From Candidatus Heimdallarchaeota archaeon (lineage in GTDB: Archaea > Asgardarchaeota > Heimdallarchaeia > JABLTI01), in NCBI GenBank assembly GCA_019058275.1, contig JAHLVW010000004.1, positions 1-12,305 of the forward strand: a stretch of DNA of 12,305 nt, in the 5' to 3' direction. The translations under genes were made by a program, and so were the position numbers. Shown here one piece after another: positions 7,263 to 12,305 of the stretch. Every line of letters starts with the position of its first letter. Within the stretch, counting starts at the first letter, position 1. Under the pieces are notes generated by a model, which was given only the letters and a program-made list of their open reading frames with translations, had not been told where the DNA came from and searched no databases.

Positions 7263-8561
7263 TTGCTAAGTGGAATTATTATAGATCATTTTAAAGGGAT
7301 TTTAAAATCTGAAATTGATCTAAAAGTAATTACAATTTTAATTGGTCCAAATGGTTCAGGTAAATCATCAATTGGACAAGCACTTCTGATTCTAAATCAA
7401 TCATTAGATTTTTTTAGTTCAAGAGGTTTATTAAGAAATAAAAATATAAAGTCATCAGGTAGATTTTTGGACTTAGGAAATTTAGATAATTTATATTATC
7501 AAAAAAATGAAAAAAATCCAATAATAATCTCATTAAAAAATAAGTATGAGGATTTGGAATCCATAATTAACTTTGAAATTAAAAATAGTAAAATCAATTT
7601 AGCAAATATAACTTTTAAAGGACTTGGATCCTATAATTTTCTTGATTCCAATAATGATTTAGTTAATGATATTACTATTAAAAGAGGAACGAGAAAATCT
7701 CTAAGTAATGAAAATTTCTCATTCAGTTTCAGTTTAAGAGATAGTCTTCAACCAATTAATATAGGTTTAAGTTTTAAAGCTAGTAAAAAAACAAGTAATG
7801 TAGAGATTCAAGCAAATGAAATAATAGAAGAACTTAACAAACTAGTAAATTTGGAAAATATCTTAAATAAAGTCTTTTATGTTCCTGCTTTAAGAGGAAC
7901 TGATAAACCATCTCATTCACTTGTTGATGATTCAATCACACATCTTAGTCCACCCAATTTAAATTATGATAAAAGAAATGATAGTTGGCTTAGTAAGCTG
8001 CTTTATGAGGATGAGCTTTTTAATTTGGTTTCTGCTTGGTGTGAAGAATTATTTAAAACTAAACTGAAACTTGATATTAAACCTGGAAAGAAATTGTTAC
8101 TCAGTAGGTCATTGAGTTTATCAGATAGTGTAGAAGAAATAAAAGTAAGTCTAATTAACGAAGGATTTGGTTTAAATCAAGTTGCTTTTCTTTTATCCCA
8201 ATTAGCCATTGCACCTAATGGAAGTCTTGTAATAATTGAAGAACCTGAAATACATCTACATCCAAAAGCCCAAAGTAAATTAATGGAGATTCTAATAAAT
8301 CATGCATTAGAAACTGATAAGAAGCTCTTGATTACTACACATAGTGAACATATAATATACTATGCATTAACAAAAATCGGGTTAAAGGAAATGAATCAAG
8401 ATAACTTGTCTCTATATTATTTTCAAAAAGAAAATGATTTTTGTTCCAGTAGCAAGATAAAATTTGATAAGAATGGTCAACTAGAAGAGGGTTTACCAGG
8501 TTTTTTTGATGCAAATCTAGAGAGATTTCAACGTTACCAGAAGATTTTGATGGATAAGTAA
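7263..8561 (+). CDS. ABC/AAA ATPase (AAA_15/AAA_21-type, with DUF3696-like C-terminus)
   Basis: Walker A GPNGSGKS, signature-region EGFGLNQ, Walker B/D-loop IIEEPEIHLHP, H-loop TTHSEH, C-terminal PGFFD. Confidence 0.9.
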   Translation: MLSGIIIDHFKGILKSEIDLKVITILIGPNGSGKSSIGQALLILNQSLDFFSSRGLLRNKNIKSSGRFLDLGNLDNLYYQKNEKNPIIISLKNKYEDLESIINFEIKNSKINLANITFKGLGSYNFLDSNNDLVNDITIKRGTRKSLSNENFSFSFSLRDSLQPINIGLSFKASKKTSNVEIQANEIIEELNKLVNLENILNKVFYVPALRGTDKPSHSLVDDSITHLSPPNLNYDKRNDSWLSKLLYEDELFNLVSAWCEELFKTKLKLDIKPGKKLLLSRSLSLSDSVEEIKVSLINEGFGLNQVAFLLSQLAIAPNGSLVIIEEPEIHLHPKAQSKLMEILINHALETDKKLLITTHSEHIIYYALTKIGLKEMNQDNLSLYYFQKENDFCSSSKIKFDKNGQLEEGLPGFFDANLERFQRYQKILMDK

Positions 8562-8573
8562 TGGGGATTTAAA

Positions 8574-9107
8574 ATGCCTAAAGAAAAGTATATCATTGAT
8601 AAGAATTGTTTTTATCATGCATCAAAAAGACAAGATCACAAAAATAATCCTGATTATGAAGCATATTTACTTTTTGGTAATATCTTGAATCATTGTGATA
8701 AAGTAGTTTTTGATGGAAATTTAATGGAATGCTATCATAAGATATTGAATGAATTGAGAGATAGTCATTTATTGTCTTTATGGAATGAATATCTAACTAT
8801 TCAAGCAAAGACTTTGAAATGGTGTGAACACGTTAAAATTAAAGATGATAAGGATATTAAATTAGAAGACAGAGTACTGGTTAGTTTAGCACGTTCATCA
8901 CAAGCAACTCTAATAACTGGAGATTTAAAACTTATAGAGGTTCTTGATCCAAATCAAGATAATCAATCTGAACGTTTTAAGATTAAAGTTTTAACACCAA
9001 AGAAAGCAAACTTTGAAATTTCTAGGAATATATTAAAGGATGAAGATACTCAAAAGACTAATAAAAAACAAGATGTGAAAAAGATATCAAAAAAAGTAAA
9101 AATATGA
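8574..9107 (+). CDS. PIN-domain protein, putative nuclease effector coupled to the ATPase
   Basis: YIIDKNCF (first Asp), EDRVLVSLA, LITGDLKL; starts 12 bp after the ATPase stop. Confidence 0.75.
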   Translation: MPKEKYIIDKNCFYHASKRQDHKNNPDYEAYLLFGNILNHCDKVVFDGNLMECYHKILNELRDSHLLSLWNEYLTIQAKTLKWCEHVKIKDDKDIKLEDRVLVSLARSSQATLITGDLKLIEVLDPNQDNQSERFKIKVLTPKKANFEISRNILKDEDTQKTNKKQDVKKISKKVKI

Positions 9108-9122
9108 TTGAAAACTTGTAAA

Positions 9123-9193
9123 TTCTCATTCTTTTTTGGACTGTCGCAGATTAGCTCTTCTGGATGGCATTCAGTTTTTCCCCAACAACAGCT
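9123..9193 (-). pseudogene. junction repeat R1 copy C: remnant of the Cys-rich peptide gene
   Basis: Minus strand reads SCCWGKTECHPEELICDSPKKNE and aligns without gaps to copy B ICCPGKIVWHPDKPGCSNPVQ; in-frame stops lie just upstream. Confidence 0.6.
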
Positions 9194-9380
9194 AGTTTAC
9201 AATCAACTGGTTCTTATGTTCTTCAGGAGTAGTTTTTTTACTCCTCTTTTTTTCTATTACTTGATTAATTTTTTACCTTATACATTTATGAACAGAATTT
9301 TTTACTTTAGCTCTACTCTCTCACTTAGTTGGAAGTTTATATAGCTAAATGTAAATGCTATTGTAACTAAAGCCGTGGCG

Positions 9381-9409
9381 TTTAAATACTCAAAACCAAA
9401 ACCGAGGAG
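9381..9409 (+). promoter_or_regulatory. TATA box and RBS of the 9419..9553 gene
   Basis: TTTAAATA at 9381-9388, GAGGAG at 9404-9409. Confidence 0.5.
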
Positions 9410-9418
9410 TTTAAAAAG

Positions 9419-9553
9419 ATGGCAAATAAGAATGAGCACTTGACAGAAGAGGAATTTAGGAAAATCAATTATCTAAAAGAAATCAAACTACAATTTTGTG
9501 ATGAATGTCAAAAGATAATTCGAGAGTTAATTTATGATCTTGTTGATTCGTGA
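9419..9553 (+). CDS. small CxxC protein, 44 aa (not in ORF track)
   Basis: MANKNEHLTEEEFRKINYLKEIKLQFCDECQKIIRELIYDLVDS; has its own TATA-like element, RBS and downstream hairpin. Confidence 0.65.
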   Translation: MANKNEHLTEEEFRKINYLKEIKLQFCDECQKIIRELIYDLVDS

Positions 9554-9556
9554 TTA

Positions 9557-9586
9557 GTTATTCTGTGTCCAGCGGACACACATAAC
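9557..9586. terminator. GC-rich hairpin between convergent genes
   Basis: GTTAT-TC-TGTGTCC-AGC-GGACACA-C-ATAAC; perfect 7-bp core stem 9564-9570/9574-9580. Confidence 0.45.
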
Positions 9587-9617
9587 CGAAAGTATTATTC
9601 CTTTCTCAACTCTTCCT

Positions 9618-10136
9618 CTATTCTCTTGTCTTTTCATATAACCTTGCTAGTTCATCCAGTTCTTCTTGTTCAATAAAAAAATCATCTGGATTTCCGATTC
9701 TATTAATGATAGAATCAAGAGTGAATTTTTCTTCAAAAGTCAATTTATGAAGATATTTGTATGATAATCCCTTTTCAACTTCATATGCTCCCTCTATTTC
9801 TTTTATGATTCGATCTATTGCTAGTATTTGATTTTCTATACAAGCTTTTGAACAATAAAATTCAAGATTCTTTCTTTTAATATCCGAATCTTGAACGATG
9901 TTTCCACTTTTTTTACCTAAATCATCAGTATCATATAAGGAAATGATAACTTCTTCGTTTGTGTTTGGCCTGATTTCATGATTTTTAACATGGAAATTAA
10001 AATCAATACCATTTGTAGAAATTCTATCACAATAAATATCAATTTTAGTTCCTTTATTATCAATATTTATTTGCCAATCATTTTCAAATTTTCTTATTAT
10101 ACATTTTGAATCTAAGATCATATATCTCGGGTTCAT
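9618..10136 (-). CDS. hypothetical protein, probably co-transcribed with the wHTH regulator
   Basis: 172 aa ORF, RBS-like GAGGATGAGGG, 22 bp downstream of 10159..10467. Confidence 0.75.
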   Translation of the reverse strand: MNPRYMILDSKCIIRKFENDWQINIDNKGTKIDIYCDRISTNGIDFNFHVKNHEIRPNTNEEVIISLYDTDDLGKKSGNIVQDSDIKRKNLEFYCSKACIENQILAIDRIIKEIEGAYEVEKGLSYKYLHKLTFEEKFTLDSIINRIGNPDDFFIEQEELDELARLYEKTRE

Positions 10137-10158
10137 GATCCCTCATCCTCATTATTGT

Positions 10159-10467
10159 TTATTCCTTTCTTAGTTCCTCTTCTATATTTGCAGCTAATTC
10201 TGCTACTTTTTTTCCCTTTTCTGTTAGAATCATAAAAAGTCGATATTTTTTATCATGAGGATCAAGTCGTTCATCTAAGGTAATTAATTCAGCAGAGATT
10301 AAATTCCCTCTAGCATTTCTAATTGTTTTATTGTTTAGAGGTAGAAAATCTACTAATTGTGCAATATATGATTCCCCATCAAGTTTTAGAATTTGAATTA
10401 AAATTTGAAAAGTTCCTTTATATTCCTCAAGCATTGCAATTTGGTTATCAGACTTTCTATCAATCAT
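10159..10467 (-). CDS. winged helix-turn-helix transcriptional regulator (MarR/ArsR-like), probable repressor
   Basis: YIAQLVDFLPLNNKTIRNARGNLISAELI helix pattern and LTEKGKKVAE wing motif. Confidence 0.85.
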   Translation of the reverse strand: MIDRKSDNQIAMLEEYKGTFQILIQILKLDGESYIAQLVDFLPLNNKTIRNARGNLISAELITLDERLDPHDKKYRLFMILTEKGKKVAELAANIEEELRKE

Positions 10468-10592
10468 ACTGTATGTATTGCTTTCTACATATTATAGAAT
10501 TTATGAAACAAAATGTAGATTCTACCCTATACACTATGTTTATATATCTATAGTCCTATGACATTATAGATAAAGTGTAGAGTGTATCATTT
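10468..10592. promoter_or_regulatory. divergent promoter/operator region
   Basis: TTTATATA at 10539-10546; inverted repeats TATCTATA 10545-10552/TATAGATA 10565-10572, ATACACT 10529-10535/AGTGTAT 10581-10587, GTAGA-T-TCTAC 10515-10525, TCTACAT 10484-10490/ATGTAGA 10513-10519. Confidence 0.65.
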
Positions 10593-10859
10593 ATGCCTAA
10601 TTTTACAAAATCTGTTGAAATGATGGATAAATCCACTATGTGGATGGCGAGACCAATAATTGATTATATTGGCTCATTAGGTCATAGAAGAGATTCTTAT
10701 GAAGATATTCTAATAGAGAATCTTCCAGGGCTCAAAGACCATTTGCTTGAGAAAGGTTTTCTCAAGAAGGAAGCTACTCTTGAGTCTGCTTTAGAATCCC
10801 AGGAACGAATATCTCGAGAAGATTCCTCTCGAGAGACATCTGAGGAGGTTTCTTCTTGA
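10593..10859 (+). CDS. small ribbon-helix-helix-like DNA-binding protein with acidic tail
   Basis: STMWMARPIIDYIGSLGHRRDSYEDILIENL resembles the archaeal RHH/antitoxin-like LG...esYddii pattern; divergent from the wHTH gene. Confidence 0.6.
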   Translation: MPNFTKSVEMMDKSTMWMARPIIDYIGSLGHRRDSYEDILIENLPGLKDHLLEKGFLKKEATLESALESQERISREDSSRETSEEVSS

Positions 10860-11698
10860 ATAGCTACTCAGAGTTCTCTTGTTTACCTAAGATTCAACAA
10901 GAGATTCTTCTCTATATCAAGTCAAATCCTTGTTCTTTTTCTTCTGTTATCTTTAACAATTTACCTGATGATGCTAAAGTTTCCAATAGTCATTTTTATG
11001 ATAGTCTCAAACAATTGATGGCTAAGCAACTAATTACCAGAAACGGTGAAGTAAAATCCTATACCTATGTTCTAACTCTTCTTGGTAAGCAAATTACTCA
11101 ACCAATTTCAAAAAAACGGTGGATAGATTATTCTAAAAAATATCTCGAAGCTGGCATTAGCATTAGAGCTCAAAATGATGATTTAGATGCTTCTTCTCGA
11201 GAAGAAACTACTAGCTTAGATCATAGGTTTGTTCGTTTGAGGAAAACCTTCAGTGAGTATTCTATTGTAGAACTACAACCTGGTAATCTTGAAAGATTCA
11301 AGAAAGATATTTTATTATCCGGCAAATGGGGTTCAATTAGTTTACATGTAACAATTATGAACTGGGAAAAATTTGTCATTATAAGCAATCATTCATTTTC
11401 AAAAGGTATAAAACTTGAATTTCGATTTTCTCACGTAACTAAATTCCAAATCTATCATCTTGCTGTTTTTGGTAAGGATTGTTCTGAAGCACTGACTAAA
11501 GCTCAAGAACAAGCGAGATCTCTAGAATCTTGTTTTAGAGATCATTTCCTGCGTTTTGGTTTAGATATTGTTGATGGATACTTCAACTTTGATTCTAAAG
11601 TTGTAAATGATAATCCAGATGATTCTTCTCGAGAAGAAACTGCTCGAGGAGTTTTTGATGCTTTGGACTTGGATATCCATGCCGATGGAACAGGTTAA
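10856..11698 (+). CDS. N-terminal wHTH protein with unknown C-terminal domain bracketed by a repeated peptide
   Basis: RBS GAGGAGG, TTGA overlap with upstream stop; HFYDSLKQLMAKQLI...YVLTLLGKQI wHTH; NDDLDASSREET / NDNPDDSSREET repeat. Confidence 0.75.
   Translation: MNSYSEFSCLPKIQQEILLYIKSNPCSFSSVIFNNLPDDAKVSNSHFYDSLKQLMAKQLITRNGEVKSYTYVLTLLGKQITQPISKKRWIDYSKKYLEAGISIRAQNDDLDASSREETTSLDHRFVRLRKTFSEYSIVELQPGNLERFKKDILLSGKWGSISLHVTIMNWEKFVIISNHSFSKGIKLEFRFSHVTKFQIYHLAVFGKDCSEALTKAQEQARSLESCFRDHFLRFGLDIVDGYFNFDSKVVNDNPDDSSREETARGVFDALDLDIHADGTG
11173..11209 (+). repeat. 37-bp direct repeat copy 1, containing the 16-bp palindrome TTCTTCTCGAGAAGAA (11191-11206)
   Basis: 33/37 identical to 11605-11641. 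Confidence 0.9.
11605..11641 (+). repeat. 37-bp direct repeat copy 2, containing TTCTTCTCGAGAAGAA (11623-11638)
   Basis: 33/37 identical to 11173-11209, offset 432 bp. Confidence 0.9.
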
Positions 11699-11715
11699 TT
11701 TTTGGAGGAAAAATT

Positions 11716-11901
11716 TTGTCAAAATATATTGTTAATGTTGATGTAGGTTTTGATTTAGTTTTTGGTCATAAACCTACTTGGAAAGAGATTAATGCAGCAT
11801 TATCACAGAAATTGAAGAATGCTGAGAAAGAAGCAGATCCTAATTTGATTCGTTACACAATTCTCGATTCTGAAGGTAACGAAGTTGATTTGGAGGGCTG
11901 A
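11716..11901 (+). CDS. small hypothetical protein
   Basis: GGAGG RBS, TTG start, tight operon spacing. Confidence 0.75.
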   Translation: MSKYIVNVDVGFDLVFGHKPTWKEINAALSQKLKNAEKEADPNLIRYTILDSEGNEVDLEG

Positions 11902-11903
11902 TT

Positions 11904-12095
11904 TTGGTTTTTAACGGAGTTCACCCTTTAATTCATGATTGGGAGCTGCAAGAAAAAGAAAGAGAAGTCAATGAAAAGCAAAGAAAGTTGGTTAAACTTC
12001 TCACGGAATTGTTTCACTATTTTGAAGATGATCCTGATCTGCCCAAGCATGACTACTTTCTCGAGAAGATCATCAATACTTTGGAGGAGTACTAA
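11904..12095 (+). CDS. small hypothetical coiled-coil protein
   Basis: GGAGGG RBS, TTG start 2 bp after the upstream stop. Confidence 0.75.
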   Translation: MVFNGVHPLIHDWELQEKEREVNEKQRKLVKLLTELFHYFEDDPDLPKHDYFLEKIINTLEEY

Positions 12096-12097
12096 TT

Positions 12098-12305
12098 TTG
12101 GTTCGAGTAGGAAAAAAATGCAGACAGTGTGAATCTTGTATCCATACTGCCACTAAAAGAAAACATGGTCATCGAACCTTTGTTGTTGAAGAATCTACTT
12201 TTTTGATGTATTCAGATGGCAAGACTGTTCCTAATGTTAAATTCGTACCAATATGTTCTGCTGAATGTCTTGCTGAATGGGCTAGTACTTCAGAAACTCC
12301 TGCAC
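12098..12305 (+). CDS. zinc-finger protein (CxxC...CSxEC, treble-clef/TRASH-like), truncated by window
   Basis: GGAGGAG RBS, TTG at 12098; MVRVGKKCRQCESC...PICSAECLAEW, open to the window end. Confidence 0.7.
   Translation, partial: MVRVGKKCRQCESCIHTATKRKHGHRTFVVEESTFLMYSDGKTVPNVKFVPICSAECLAEWASTSETPA

Larger units (their letters stand above)
1..12305. mobile_element. internal segment of a probable archaeal provirus or integrative element (cargo island plus regulatory/early region); ends not visible
   Basis: Divergent wHTH/RHH switch, packed small ORFs including a Zn finger, defence-type cargo, no housekeeping genes; no hallmark gene (integrase, capsid) in the window. Confidence 0.6.

Noticed and set aside
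756-9107. Classical integron cassette array
   Set aside because: No RYYYAAC...GTTRRRY attC hairpins seen after the stops, genes lie in both orientations, and no IntI is present
6093-9200. 11-bp inverted match GTAAACTAGCT (6093-6103) / AGCTAGTTTAC (9190-9200) as element termini
   Set aside because: Matches of this length are expected by chance in 12 kb; no transposase or target duplication seen
9108-9344. 78-aa plus-strand ORF
   Set aside because: Phe-rich translation of T-rich DNA, antisense to R1 copy C, no RBS
10323-10553. 76-aa plus-strand ORF
   Set aside because: Antisense to the wHTH gene and runs across the promoter region
10812-12067. CRISPR array from the TCTCGAGA repeats
   Set aside because: Irregular spacing, located within coding sequence, no constant repeat-spacer period
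11935-12132. 65-aa alternate-frame ORF
   Set aside because: Overlaps 11904..12095 and 12098.., both of which have strong RBSs

Overview
AT-rich, probably archaeal sequence (GGTG/GGAGG ribosome-binding sites, frequent TTG starts, archaeal-type wHTH and ribbon-helix-helix proteins). It reads as part of an integrated element or provirus. The right end (about 9.6-12.3 kb) is a divergent regulatory switch (wHTH versus RHH-like) followed by a tightly packed run of small virus-like genes. The middle (about 0.75-9.2 kb) is a more AT-rich cargo island of mostly single-gene units: an RX4H HEPN RNase candidate, a frameshifted MvaI/BcnI-type restriction endonuclease remnant, a membrane-anchored transglutaminase-like protein, several membrane-anchored proteins (two are paralogs), a stand-alone HhH-like domain, and an ABC-ATPase + PIN pair. 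The most unusual signals lie outside the annotated ORFs. (1) Cargo junctions repeatedly carry diverged copies of a small Cys-rich peptide gene (CCxGKxxxHPxxxxCxxP) and a second ~30-45 bp spacer repeat. (2) There is a perfect 11-6-11 dif-like palindrome with a degenerate partner. (3) The octamer TCTCGAGA is strongly enriched in the backbone and was not seen in the cargo; it forms the core of an in-frame 37-bp direct repeat that brackets a protein domain. No integrase, capsid, tRNA, rRNA or CRISPR array is visible. All family calls come from motif recognition by eye, not from database searches.
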